DNA of 64,000 nt, from contig JACKFW010000001.1 in the NCBI GenBank assembly GCA_020632265.1, positions 663,272 through 727,271 of the forward strand. Direction: 5' to 3'. How positions within the stretch are numbered: the stretch's first letter is position 1; the number at the start of each line of letters is the position of its first letter. This document shows positions 30,477 to 40,721 of the stretch, one piece after another. The notes under the pieces are model-generated. The model did not search any database. It saw only the letters and a list, made by a program, of their open reading frames with translations, and was not told the origin of the DNA. The DNA is from Pseudomonadales bacterium. GTDB lineage: Bacteria; Patescibacteriota; Microgenomatia; UBA1400; PJMF01. The position numbers were made by a program, and so were the translations under genes.

Positions 30477-30855
30477 CCCTCAATTGTTTCACTTTCCACA
30501 TAAATAGTCTTGCTTTACTTTTTGCAGAATTCGCATCTGCAACAAATGACAAAGCTCTTTCAAGAATTCCTCTATCAATGGTTTTAGCCATTTTAATATA
30601 CAAGCTTTTATGCCCTATATCATTTAATGTAATTGCTAATCTATATCCATAATCTTGAAATTCTTTAGTAATGTATCCACCTTTGTCTTCAAGCGAATAC
30701 TTATTCAACAAAGAATTTAAATCACTAAAACCCTTTTTTTTTCGAGTTTTTTTTGAAGATTCCAATTCTTCTCCAACTTTATCACCAAATAAAGTTAAGG
30801 GATCTGCAATTGACTTTTTTTGACTAAACATACCCAGTTTTTTTATCACTAACAA
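30445..30855 (-). CDS. Hypothetical basic protein
   Basis: ORF with short overlaps to its neighbours on both sides. No motif recognised. Confidence 0.3.
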   Translation of the reverse strand: MLVIKKLGMFSQKKSIADPLTLFGDKVGEELESSKKTRKKKGFSDLNSLLNKYSLEDKGGYITKEFQDYGYRLAITLNDIGHKSLYIKMAKTIDRGILERALSFVADANSAKSKARLFMWKVKQLRGEKKTHESNK

Positions 30856-32053
30856 GCAAGCTAACTAATACAGCAACACCTGCGAAAATAAATATTGAGT
30901 TCCAAGATGAAAAGAAAATAAAGAATAGCCCAAAACCAGACCAAAAAATCACTCTATTTATACTAAGAACCATCTCCAAATAAACAAAGTATTTGTCTGA
31001 AGAATGCCCTTTTCCTCTACCCAAAAAAATAGTGTCAAAAACCAGAGAATAAACATTGGTGGCCAATCTATCAAAAGTATCTACCAATGCAATATTCCAA
31101 ATACTGAAAACCTGAGTTCTTACAATCCATAACAAAGAAAGCAATCCACCCGAAAAATACAATGGCTTTTTATTACGATAGCGATCAATAAATTTTCCAA
31201 TAAAAAATGTCATGAACATTGCTAAAAATAAAGATAGTGTATATAGGTAGCCTACTCTGTCAACTGAACCCAATAGAAAAAAAACATATAAAGGCCACAA
31301 ATAAATTACCGTGTCATTAATATGCTTGCCAGAGTAAGCTATTGCTAATTGTAAAAAGCGTTTTTCCTTGATCCAAGATAAAAATTCATCAAAACTGATT
31401 GAGTTTTCATGCAATTCAACATCCATCATTAACGCAAGCACACTTGACAAAAGTGTCAAAATCATACCAATTAAAAATAAGTATTCTAGTCCAACAAAAT
31501 AAGCAATTGCTCCACTAATAGCAGGAGAAACAACCGCTACAATTTGTAATAAAAATTGTAATAAACCCAAGTCCTTACCAATATTTTTTTGGTTCGCAGT
31601 CTTACTTAAAATTGAAAAATAGCCTCCCCAGAACATAGTTGAATTTACAGCATCAATTGTCATTGCAAACCATAAATAGAATGGATTTTGTTTGGCAGCA
31701 AAAAGAAAAATAAACATCAGGGTTCGCAACATAAAGGAAATTACAAAACTTCTTTGATAACCTATTTTACCCAAGGCTTTTCCTGAAGGAACTCCAACTA
31801 GAAATCCAATCAAACCTACCACAACGTAATAAATGGCTATAGCTAGCATTCCCCTTTGAAAATCTGAATAGGGAAGATACTTGAGAAAATTTGTTTCGCT
31901 ACCAATTGAAAAAAGAAAAATGGGCAAAAATATCATTGCCATTTTATTAACTAAATCTCTCACAATTCTAATGGCATACAGCAACTTCATATTTTTGCTG
32001 TCATCAAAAGTGTAATTGGGTAAATGTAAATGATGAGATCTACTTCTAGGCAT
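30824..32053 (-). CDS. MFS-type transporter. The true start is probably an internal Met near 31990 (MKLLYAIRIV).
   Basis: Twelve hydrophobic segments, with D-R-x-G-R-like loop sequences (FIDRYRNKK). Confidence 0.6.
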   Translation of the reverse strand: MPRSRSHHLHLPNYTFDDSKNMKLLYAIRIVRDLVNKMAMIFLPIFLFSIGSETNFLKYLPYSDFQRGMLAIAIYYVVVGLIGFLVGVPSGKALGKIGYQRSFVISFMLRTLMFIFLFAAKQNPFYLWFAMTIDAVNSTMFWGGYFSILSKTANQKNIGKDLGLLQFLLQIVAVVSPAISGAIAYFVGLEYLFLIGMILTLLSSVLALMMDVELHENSISFDEFLSWIKEKRFLQLAIAYSGKHINDTVIYLWPLYVFFLLGSVDRVGYLYTLSLFLAMFMTFFIGKFIDRYRNKKPLYFSGGLLSLLWIVRTQVFSIWNIALVDTFDRLATNVYSLVFDTIFLGRGKGHSSDKYFVYLEMVLSINRVIFWSGFGLFFIFFSSWNSIFIFAGVAVLVSLLVSDKKTGYV

Positions 32054-32069
32054 GATTGTGGATATTCAA

Positions 32070-32654
32070 TTAATTTTTAATTATTGCGATTAATTTTCTA
32101 ACTATTTCAGGCTTAAGTGTATTTATCTTCTCAATTTCTAGAGGAGAAAACTTCTGCAAAACATAGGATTCAGCTGGAATTGATCTATCTCCACCTCTAT
32201 TATCAACTCCAACTCTCACATGCCAAAAATTTTTAGTTTTAAGATGTTGATATATTGAAAGCAGTCCATTATGAGCTGCTGGTCCTATGCCAAATTGAAT
32301 CTTATACTCACCCAAAACTATGTCTAGATCATCGTGAATAATATACAAATCTTGTAAGTTAGTGTCATTCTTATCCTCATGATAGTAATCGATAATTGAT
32401 TTTATCGCAAAACCAGAACCATTCATGAATGTTTGAGGCATTACAAAGATATTTTGATCAACTTTGCAAACCTCAGACTTCATCTTTTTTTTAAGAGAAA
32501 AATTTGGACATCTGAGTACTTCGCTTAGATTTTTAATAATAGCGAAACCAACGTTGTGTCTAGTATTTTCATAAACAACTCCCGGATTTCCTAAGCCAAC
32601 AACAATTTTCATATTATCTATTGTAACAGTCTCCCTGTTATAATTACACATCAT
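32070..32654 (-). CDS. pth: Peptidyl-tRNA hydrolase
   Basis: KIVVGLGNPGVVYENTRHNVGF and GIGPAAHNG (Pth signature 2). The start is probably MKIVVGLGNPG. Confidence 0.85.
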   Translation of the reverse strand: MMCNYNRETVTIDNMKIVVGLGNPGVVYENTRHNVGFAIIKNLSEVLRCPNFSLKKKMKSEVCKVDQNIFVMPQTFMNGSGFAIKSIIDYYHEDKNDTNLQDLYIIHDDLDIVLGEYKIQFGIGPAAHNGLLSIYQHLKTKNFWHVRVGVDNRGGDRSIPAESYVLQKFSPLEIEKINTLKPEIVRKLIAIIKN

Positions 32655-33512
32655 ATGAAAAAAAAATTATTCTTTTCAATTGTAATTCCAACTCTCAATG
32701 AAGAAAAGTTTTTGCCTGGAATACTAAGTGATTTAACTAAACAAACTAACACTGACTTTGAAGTGATCCATGTTGATGGGAATTCAGACGATAAATCTGT
32801 TGCTATCGCAACTGAATTTGCCAAAAAAATCAAAATTACTTCAAAAATTGTCAACGTTAGAAATGTAAGCTATCAAAGAAATGAGGGCATATCTCTGTCT
32901 AAAGGTAGATGGATTATATTTATGGATGCAGATAATCGAATTGATCCATCATTTTTAGATGGCATCAAATACAGATTGTCTCAAAATAAATCTACTGACT
33001 TATTCACAACCTGGATTTCAATCAATGAGAGCAAAACTATCAATAAACCAGTAGAAAGAACTATTAATTTAGGACTTGAACTCTTCAAGCTAATTGGCAA
33101 AGAATGGTCGCTTGGAGCATTAATTGGAGTTAAAACAAGCATTGCAAATAAACATAAGTTTGACGAAAAACAAAAAGTAGGAGAAGACGGACTTTTTGTC
33201 AAAGCACTAATTAATCAAGGCTACAATTTTAATATATTTAGAGATCCAAAATATCATTACTCGCTTAGAAGACTTGAAACAGAAGGAAGCATAAAATTTG
33301 CTAGAGCTGGAGCAAAAGTAGCCCTCAATTACTTACAAGGAAAGGACTTTTCAGAAGATGATTTTGGCTACAAAATGAATGGCGGAACTTACTATGATCA
33401 AAAAAATTACATAAGTATTTCAAAATTACCCGAATATATTAAGTCATTACCTAGAAAACAGTATATAAAAGCAAAAAAACTTTTCAAAACTCTTTCTGAT
33501 ATTGGACTTTAA
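32655..33512 (+). CDS. Glycosyltransferase family 2
   Basis: FSIVIPTLNEEKFLPGILSDL, VIHVDGNSDDKS, a DAD motif (FMDADNRIDPS). Confidence 0.7.
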   Translation: MKKKLFFSIVIPTLNEEKFLPGILSDLTKQTNTDFEVIHVDGNSDDKSVAIATEFAKKIKITSKIVNVRNVSYQRNEGISLSKGRWIIFMDADNRIDPSFLDGIKYRLSQNKSTDLFTTWISINESKTINKPVERTINLGLELFKLIGKEWSLGALIGVKTSIANKHKFDEKQKVGEDGLFVKALINQGYNFNIFRDPKYHYSLRRLETEGSIKFARAGAKVALNYLQGKDFSEDDFGYKMNGGTYYDQKNYISISKLPEYIKSLPRKQYIKAKKLFKTLSDIGL

Positions 33513-34354
33513 ATAAATTCGGCAATGTAGGTGACTATTTCATCATAATGATTAAAAATTATCATATGATCGGCTTCACCAACTTTGAGCAATTTGGAGT
33601 TTGGGATTAGTTTTGCGATTTCTTGAGACGATTTTATTGGGAAAATTTTATCTTTAGTACCAACTAAAATTAATACTTCTGGCTTAATTTTTTTTAATTC
33701 AGCTGAGATATCAAAAGTATTTATCTTGGTTAAAATTTGACCGTAACTATTGATTGACGTGTGCTTAATATCATTTAGCACTCTTAGTAAATTAAAATCA
33801 CCAGTTTTCATAAATTTTTGATGACTTATCCTTCCATTTTTATGTACCTGAGATAAGTAATTTTCAAAAAGCTTGGCTAGTTTCTCAAGAGTTGTGCTAA
33901 TTTTTAACTTCTTAAGTAATTTAACAGGATTGCAACTTGTTGCAATCAAAACAATTTTTGATATTTTAGGATCATTTTTAATTGCAATTTTCTGAGCAAC
34001 CATTCCTCCTAAACAATGCCCAATTAAAACAACATTGCTTAACTTTTCAAAATTAATTACCTTAAATACATCTTCTGCCAAATTATTTAGAGAATATGCT
34101 TCATTTTTTTTGGGCCTACTAGAAATTCCGTGACCTCTCAAATCTATGGCTAATGATAAATAACCTTTAGTTAAAAATTGAGTTCTAACTAAATTCCAAG
34201 CGTCTAAATCACCGCCAAGCCCATGCAGAAATACTAAAACCGGCTTGTTTTGCGTATTTTTATATAATTTGTCTTGAAAACCCAATAAATTATAGTGAAT
34301 TCTCACTCCTTCTTCGGTTTGAATGTTTTTCTCTTCGTAATTAATTTTGTTCAT
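33509..34354 (-). CDS. Alpha/beta-fold hydrolase
   Basis: VLVFLHGLGGDLDAWN (HGxGG oxyanion region), nucleophile elbow GHCLGG, and a C-terminal GEADHMII histidine. Confidence 0.7.
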   Translation of the reverse strand: MNKINYEEKNIQTEEGVRIHYNLLGFQDKLYKNTQNKPVLVFLHGLGGDLDAWNLVRTQFLTKGYLSLAIDLRGHGISSRPKKNEAYSLNNLAEDVFKVINFEKLSNVVLIGHCLGGMVAQKIAIKNDPKISKIVLIATSCNPVKLLKKLKISTTLEKLAKLFENYLSQVHKNGRISHQKFMKTGDFNLLRVLNDIKHTSINSYGQILTKINTFDISAELKKIKPEVLILVGTKDKIFPIKSSQEIAKLIPNSKLLKVGEADHMIIFNHYDEIVTYIAEFI

Positions 34355-34455
34355 TTATCTTTCCAGAATTTTTATTATAAAGCCATAAAATCATTATTTT
34401 GAGATCAAAAATCATTATTTTTTTTTACAAATAATAATTTTCTATATATTAGCAA

Positions 34456-35226
34456 ATGTTTATAGATTACACTATCTATATGAAACCATTTTTTACTGTC
34501 ATTTCTCCATCACTAAACGAAGAACATTATTTACCAATATTACTTGGTTGTTTAGCTAATCAAACTTTCAAAAACTTTGAGGTAATCCATGTTGACGGCA
34601 GTTCTGAAGACAAAACTGTCGAACGAGCCACAGCTTTTAAAGATAGGTTGGATATAAAATCGATCGTAGTCAAAAAAAGAAACGTTTGTTTTCAAAGAAA
34701 CACAGGAGCAAATGCTGCAAATGGAGAATGGCTAATGTTCATTGATTCAGACGACCAAATTGAAGCTGATTTTTTATTAAAGATCCATGACTATGTAACC
34801 ACACACCAGATTCATGTCCTTTCTACTTTTTATCAGCCTGATACAAATAAATTTACCCATCACTTTTTAGCATCAATTGTCAATTGGCTATCTTACTTTC
34901 TTCAATATTCACAGCTTCCATTTATTACCGAGTCTGTGTTTATCTTCAAAAGAGAAGAATTTCTCAAAGTCGGTGGTTTTGATGAATCTCTGAAAGCCTC
35001 CGAAGGCACTGATATCACTCAAAGAGCAAAAAAAGAGGGATTTGTATATAAAATGATTAGATCACCAAAATATTCCTTCTCAATGAGAAGAGTTGAGTCT
35101 CAAGGATTGCTTAAAGCTATAAAAAATAATGCAACAATTGGATTTAAAATGTTCTTAGGCAAAAAAATGACTAAGGATAATCTAAAAGACTTATACCCTA
35201 TGGAGGGTGGAGGTAAATACAAATAA
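34456..35226 (+). CDS. Glycosyltransferase family 2. The start is probably the internal Met at about 34480.
   Basis: FTVISPSLNEEHYLPILLGCL, VIHVDGSSEDKT, FIDSDDQI (DxD). Confidence 0.65.
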   Translation: MFIDYTIYMKPFFTVISPSLNEEHYLPILLGCLANQTFKNFEVIHVDGSSEDKTVERATAFKDRLDIKSIVVKKRNVCFQRNTGANAANGEWLMFIDSDDQIEADFLLKIHDYVTTHQIHVLSTFYQPDTNKFTHHFLASIVNWLSYFLQYSQLPFITESVFIFKREEFLKVGGFDESLKASEGTDITQRAKKEGFVYKMIRSPKYSFSMRRVESQGLLKAIKNNATIGFKMFLGKKMTKDNLKDLYPMEGGGKYK

Positions 35227-35383
35227 AACTTAAGGAGAATTACTAACTGGAAAATAAATTGCTTGGCTTGAGAAAAATCGCTGGGCTTGAGAAAAAAAAC
35301 CATGTTGAAGAAAATCGATGAATTTGAAACAAAACGCTACATTTGACACAAAACGCTACATTTGACACAAAAAGCAAAGTAGG

Positions 35384-37249
35384 TTAAAAATTTTCAAGTT
35401 CTTCAATTGTAGTTGCATCTATCCAGTTTTTATCATCTCTAAATCTGATTAATCTGGGAAATCTTAAAGCAACTCCCGCGGTATGACTTGGAGATTTGGT
35501 AATTTCATCAGCAGCAATTTCAACCACCAATTCGGGACTTACCCAAACATCAGGAAACAGTGATTTTTCAACTTCATAGTTTTCTGGTTTGTGGTCAGTC
35601 TCTAATAAATCAACTCGGTTTTTCAATTCAACAAACTGCTTGTCAGTTAATCCGGTTCCAATTTTTGCAATAGTTTTTAGTTCCTGCTTGTCATTCAAAA
35701 CACCCACTAAAAAAGCTCCTACTCCAAATTGAGATCGTTTTCCTTTGCCAGCGTAATAACCCATTACTACTAAATCTAATGTGTCTTTAAGCTTTCCCGA
35801 TGTTCCTTCTTCTTCCTTTATTTTCACCCACTGCCAACCTTTGCGACCACTTTTATAATGAGAATTGATTTGTTTCATTACAGCACCTTCGAGCCCACTC
35901 CCTAATTGTTTGCCATGAAAATCTCTCAACATCTTCGGGTCAGCGGTTTCTATTGACTTTGTATAACTAATAGTTTCATTATCAAGGAATATGCTTCTTA
36001 ATAGTTCTTTTCTATCATGCAACTTAACTTCAAGAAGAGACTTGTCATTCAAATAAAGACAATCAAAAACATAAAACCTTATGGGTACTTTTTTTGACTG
36101 CTCTGCCACAAGATGTTTTCTTTTTCTAGTTATAGTTTCTTGAAAAGGCAAGAGATTTCCTGATTCTTTTTGATAACCAATTGCTTCGGCATCCAAAATA
36201 CAGTTCTCACAATTAAGTGAAGTTGCAACAATCTTAAGCTCTGGAAACATATGAGTCACATCTTCCAAGCTTCTGGTAAATGCTTTAATATTATTAGCTG
36301 AATCAACGTTTTCCAATATTTTTAAACCATCTTTTGAATAATGAATTTGAATTCGTAGTCCATCATATTTTGGCTCAACAATTACCCGGCCCATTTTTTC
36401 AATTATTTCCTCTGATGAATTCAGTCTTTGACAAAGGGCTGGAATAACCGGTATTCCAACTTTTACAGAGTACTCGTCTTCAAATCTTTTTGCCAAAATC
36501 TTCAAGAAATTTGAGTCATTTTTGTCTAATTCTCTAGCAGTTTTAATATAAGATTTTGCCAATTCACCAACATCAGCTCTTTTCTGATAAGCATTTTCAA
36601 GTAAATTTCGATGAGCCTTACTTCCAACCACCGACCATGATAAAGCATCTAATATAGTCATAGCTGAAAAGCCTAGTCTTAGTTTGCCAATCACTATCCT
36701 TGACACAAATTTTGCAGATACTTCATCAAGATTCATTAATAATTTAGACAATTTCTCAACTTTTCTTTCTTGAGAACCATTGCCACTATCCAATGCAATG
36801 TCACTAAGTTCTTGATAAACTTCTTCGATAGAAAGGTTTTTAGTTAGCTTTACAACTTTAAAATATTCTGAAATAATTTCTTCGGTAATATTACCAATAT
36901 CACCATTTTTTTTATATCTTCTAGTAATTATTTTGATTTCTTCATCAAGATGCAAATCCTTATATTCAGGCTCTACTGTTTCAAATAGATTTGTTACAAC
37001 TACCTGAGCTTCAAGTTTTTTTGCTCCACTATTTACTCTAGCCAATGCTTTAATAACCATTTTCACTGATAATTGAAATTCTAATGAGAAATAAAGTGGC
37101 ACTAATGTTCCCTGCATTAAATAGCTTGCTTTGGCCATTTCTTTTTCATTCAGCGCACCAAACAAATCGGCAAGTTGATACATCATTTCTAGCCTAGAAG
37201 GAGTTCGTTCTAATTTCTCAAGACTCTGTGAAAATTCTCTAAATAACAT
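35384..37249 (-). CDS. lig: ATP-dependent DNA ligase (archaeal/eukaryotic-like Lig; adenylation, OB-fold and DNA-binding domains)
   Basis: Motif I EPKYDGLRIQIH (KxDGxR adenylation lysine). Downstream motifs EGAVMK and a WVKIKEE (motif VI-like) block. Confidence 0.85.
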   Translation of the reverse strand: MLFREFSQSLEKLERTPSRLEMMYQLADLFGALNEKEMAKASYLMQGTLVPLYFSLEFQLSVKMVIKALARVNSGAKKLEAQVVVTNLFETVEPEYKDLHLDEEIKIITRRYKKNGDIGNITEEIISEYFKVVKLTKNLSIEEVYQELSDIALDSGNGSQERKVEKLSKLLMNLDEVSAKFVSRIVIGKLRLGFSAMTILDALSWSVVGSKAHRNLLENAYQKRADVGELAKSYIKTARELDKNDSNFLKILAKRFEDEYSVKVGIPVIPALCQRLNSSEEIIEKMGRVIVEPKYDGLRIQIHYSKDGLKILENVDSANNIKAFTRSLEDVTHMFPELKIVATSLNCENCILDAEAIGYQKESGNLLPFQETITRKRKHLVAEQSKKVPIRFYVFDCLYLNDKSLLEVKLHDRKELLRSIFLDNETISYTKSIETADPKMLRDFHGKQLGSGLEGAVMKQINSHYKSGRKGWQWVKIKEEEGTSGKLKDTLDLVVMGYYAGKGKRSQFGVGAFLVGVLNDKQELKTIAKIGTGLTDKQFVELKNRVDLLETDHKPENYEVEKSLFPDVWVSPELVVEIAADEITKSPSHTAGVALRFPRLIRFRDDKNWIDATTIEELENF

Positions 37250-37266
37250 AATAAATAGTTTAACAC

Positions 37267-38358
37267 TTAATCAACTAAACTATAGCTGACGCCTTTGGTA
37301 ACTCCACGTTTTTCAATAACCTTTTTATCAATCAAATCTTTAACATCTCTTAGGATTGTGTCAACGGAAATATTGGGAAGCACAAGTTTCATATCTTCTG
37401 AAGTTACTTCGTCTTGATTTTGAAAAAGCTCAAGTAAGATAATCTGTCTTTCAGATAAAGCAACTTGTTTTCCCAATTGTTTTTTTAGCTTTAAATCTTT
37501 TGATAATCTCATTACTTGTTGGCGAACTTTATCAATTTCAATTGCTAATCCATAACAAAAATACTCCAGCCAATAACTCATATCTTTAGTTTTACTTTGT
37601 TGAACAGACAATAATGCTTGATAATATGCCTCAACATCGCTGTCAAAATATTGTTCAATCGAAAAAAACTTTTTAAAATCATATCCAAGAGAATATAAAA
37701 CCAGCGTTGCCATAGCTCTGGCTGTCCGACCATTTCCCTCAATAAATGGATGAATATAAACAAGTTGGTAATGAACAATAGCAGCTTTTAAAATTGGGTG
37801 AATATTCTGCGCTTCATCACTGTGAATCCAAATAAATAAATCATCAATTAAATAAGGAATTTCCATTGAAACCGGTGGTCTATAAACTACGCTAGAATTA
37901 GCTGCACTTTTGACGATAACTTGTTTATCTCGATAATTTCCAGAATAATTATCTTCAATTAGATTATTAATAGTAAGCTTATGAATAGTTTTTAAAGTAT
38001 CAACTGTAAAAAGTGTTTTTAAATTTCCGCTTCTTTGTTTATCAATCCAAGAAATTACATTGCGATAGTTTAGAACCTCTTGGATATCTCTGGCTCTTGC
38101 CAAAATACCAGTTTGTTTAGAAATTTCAGATGTATCAACAACATTATCAAGTCTAACAACTTGCTGAGCTTGTTCTTTGGTAAGATCATTTCCCTCAATC
38201 TTGGTTCCATAATGAACGGTTCTAGTGAAAGCTTCATCTCGAAATTTTGCTTCCCAAGCAGGTACTAAGGGTGCATGATCAATCAAGGCCTTTGCTGACT
38301 CAATTCTTGAGATATATGTGAGAAGATTGTTGGTAATTTTGAATTCAGGCTGATACAT
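37267..38358 (-). CDS. Fic family protein (adenylyltransferase-type) with a C-terminal winged-helix domain
   Basis: Canonical Fic motif HPFIEGNGRTARAMATL. N-terminal Fic_N-like helix GTKIEGNDLT. C-terminal ...SERQIILLELFQNQDEVTSEDM is an HTH-like region. Confidence 0.85.
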   Translation of the reverse strand: MYQPEFKITNNLLTYISRIESAKALIDHAPLVPAWEAKFRDEAFTRTVHYGTKIEGNDLTKEQAQQVVRLDNVVDTSEISKQTGILARARDIQEVLNYRNVISWIDKQRSGNLKTLFTVDTLKTIHKLTINNLIEDNYSGNYRDKQVIVKSAANSSVVYRPPVSMEIPYLIDDLFIWIHSDEAQNIHPILKAAIVHYQLVYIHPFIEGNGRTARAMATLVLYSLGYDFKKFFSIEQYFDSDVEAYYQALLSVQQSKTKDMSYWLEYFCYGLAIEIDKVRQQVMRLSKDLKLKKQLGKQVALSERQIILLELFQNQDEVTSEDMKLVLPNISVDTILRDVKDLIDKKVIEKRGVTKGVSYSLVD

Positions 38359-38406
38359 CTTAGCTTCAGAGTATAGCCTATTGTTGCAAATTTTGCAGTG
38401 ATAATT

Positions 38407-39258
38407 TTAATTAGTTTCAGCCCAAAAAACCCTTGGGATCATTTCAACAAGTTGAGAAGTATTAAAATATGGGCCCACGGTCTTATAAAGTTCATCCCCA
38501 GCTTTTTTATTTATATAGCTTCCAACAACTGCCGAAGTAATTGCATCATGATTGCAATACAAAGAAGCCACAAGCCCTGCCAACGAATCTCCGCTACCAC
38601 CTTTGGTCATGCCGGCATTACCACCGTCTATCTTGACAACTTCCTTTTTCAATTCAGCGGTGTCTTTAGTGATTATATTATTTTCAAAGTAAAAAACTTT
38701 ATCTACTTTGCCTTTTAATAAAATCGTTGACTGTAATTTATCTATATTTAGACTATTCTTTTTAAATGACTCCTTCAACTTAACCATTTCCCCAGTGTGT
38801 GGAGTAATAATATGATTAATTTTTAATAAGCTAGGGTCAATAACTTGAAGTGCACCGGCGTCAATCACCCATTTTTTTTGAGAATATTTACCAACTAAAT
38901 AATCAACAATTTTTTTTGTTTCTTCATCCCTCTTCATCCCTGGACCAATCAAAATACAATCTGCTTCGTTAATATAATCTTCAACGTCAGATCTTGGAAT
39001 AACGATACCATTCCAAAAATTTCCTTTTGCATCATTTATTAGCTGGTTGTTTTCAGGAACAGATGAATAAAATACCATATCAACAAATTTGGAGGCCACA
39101 TCCAAACTCCACTTACTAGCTGCATGAAAAAGCTCTGAACCACCTATTAATAACAGCTTTCCATTTTGACCTTTGTGAGAATCGCTTGATGGATGCTTAA
39201 TATTTTGTAAATATTTTTTAATCTCTTTGTTAATATACTTTTTAATTAATTTGCTCAT
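38407..39258 (-). CDS. nnrD: ADP-dependent NAD(P)H-hydrate dehydratase (YjeF C-terminal domain family)
   Basis: GKLLLIGGSELFHAASKWS, ILIGPGM, GNAGMTKGGSGDSLAGLVASL. Confidence 0.8.
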   Translation of the reverse strand: MSKLIKKYINKEIKKYLQNIKHPSSDSHKGQNGKLLLIGGSELFHAASKWSLDVASKFVDMVFYSSVPENNQLINDAKGNFWNGIVIPRSDVEDYINEADCILIGPGMKRDEETKKIVDYLVGKYSQKKWVIDAGALQVIDPSLLKINHIITPHTGEMVKLKESFKKNSLNIDKLQSTILLKGKVDKVFYFENNIITKDTAELKKEVVKIDGGNAGMTKGGSGDSLAGLVASLYCNHDAITSAVVGSYINKKAGDELYKTVGPYFNTSQLVEMIPRVFWAETN

Positions 39259-39342
39259 ATATTTTTATTTAATATATTTTTATTGTATATATTTTTATTC
39301 AAATATTTTTTGACAGTCTTTTAAAACAATCTAAAAAACTAA

Positions 39343-40521
39343 TTATACTCTAACAACAATGCTATCCTCACTATTTAATTGAATTTCACTAACAATTTTT
39401 TTATCGGTAGTGGTAACTATTGATTGATATTTTTTCAAAACACTTTGGGCAAGCAATTTGCTGTCACTATCCAATTCTGACAAAATATCATCCAAAAGTA
39501 ATAAGGTTTTTTTATTAGTTGCCTTTGCCAAGTATTCCAACTCACAAAATTTTAACCATAAAACCCCTAATCTTTGCTGACCTCTTGAGCCAAACAAATC
39601 TAATCTTAATTTTCTCGACACTTTGTCTTTTGCTGATTTTTCATTCAAATAAATAATGATGTCATCTTTATGTGGTCCAATTAAGGTATGTCCAGAAGCT
39701 ATTTCTCTATTAAGATATTGATCTAGTCTGCTTTCTGAAATAACTGAGGGGTCATACTCTATCTCAAAATCTACCGGGAAAACTACGCTTGAAAAATTGG
39801 CAATAAATTTCCTTCTAAACTCTTGCAATATTTCTCCATATCTTACTAAATTAATATTCCAATATTTAAGTGCAGTTCTGTTCTGCTCTCCTTCACGCAC
39901 CTGTAATAATAATTTATTGCGTCTTTTTAATGTCTGTTGATAATTTTTTATTGCAACTTCATAATCTGAATGAATCATCGATAAAGCTGTATCTAAAAAA
40001 TCTCTTCTTCTGGCTGGAGAACCCTCAATTAAACGCATATCTTCAGGACGAAAAACAACTGTATAAAACTTGCCAATTGCATCTTTTTTTCTTCTTTTAA
40101 CTCCGTTAACCGAAAAAAGCCTGTGTTGAGTGCGCTTGCCGTTGACCTCGCCACGGGTTAATATCACTTCAATTTCATCAGTTTCTTCAAAGTTGTTTTG
40201 ATCATTCAAAGATTCTTGGATTTCTGCTTCCCCTGATTCTTCAGAAACATTCAAGTATTCAAAGTCAACATTGATATGATTGTCTGTTGCTTCATATTTT
40301 ATTATTCCCTTAATTCTTGCTAAATCTGCATCAAAATTTATCATTTCTTCAATTCTTGAAGCCCTAAAACTATTTCCAGTTGAAAGCAATGATATTGCTT
40401 CGATAATACTGGTTTTTCCTGCAGCATTATCACCAACAATAATCGTAGTTTTATTAGAAAATTTCAGATGAAAACTGTTATGAGATCTAATATTTTGGAG
40501 AACCAAACCTGTAATAACCAT
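39343..40521 (-). CDS. recF: DNA replication and repair protein RecF
   Basis: N-terminus MVITGLVLQNIRSHNSF...TIIVGDNAAGKTSIIEAI (Walker A). C-terminal signature/Walker B LLLLDDILSELD. Confidence 0.85.
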   Translation of the reverse strand: MVITGLVLQNIRSHNSFHLKFSNKTTIIVGDNAAGKTSIIEAISLLSTGNSFRASRIEEMINFDADLARIKGIIKYEATDNHINVDFEYLNVSEESGEAEIQESLNDQNNFEETDEIEVILTRGEVNGKRTQHRLFSVNGVKRRKKDAIGKFYTVVFRPEDMRLIEGSPARRRDFLDTALSMIHSDYEVAIKNYQQTLKRRNKLLLQVREGEQNRTALKYWNINLVRYGEILQEFRRKFIANFSSVVFPVDFEIEYDPSVISESRLDQYLNREIASGHTLIGPHKDDIIIYLNEKSAKDKVSRKLRLDLFGSRGQQRLGVLWLKFCELEYLAKATNKKTLLLLDDILSELDSDSKLLAQSVLKKYQSIVTTTDKKIVSEIQLNSEDSIVVRV

Positions 40522-40721
40522 AGTTAAAGTAAGTATACTATGATAAATAATTTTTTGGTTATTAAGCCTAAGTTCTATTGTCCATAAGGAAAATCTTTTT
40601 TCTCGTTAGCAAACAATTTTTAATATTCCATCCAAATCTTGCAGTAATCATTTCTTTAAGTCCTATAGTTATGATATAATGACATTTTGCTACATAGCTA
40701 TTACATATTTTTATAAATAAC

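Noticed and set aside
38398-38718. Plus-strand ORFs antisense to nnrD (38398-38718), Fic (38080-38268), recF (39870-40100, 40280-40471) and the T4SS-like ATPase (24794-24979, 25231-25419)
   Set aside because: They are antisense to well-supported genes, short, and without motifs.
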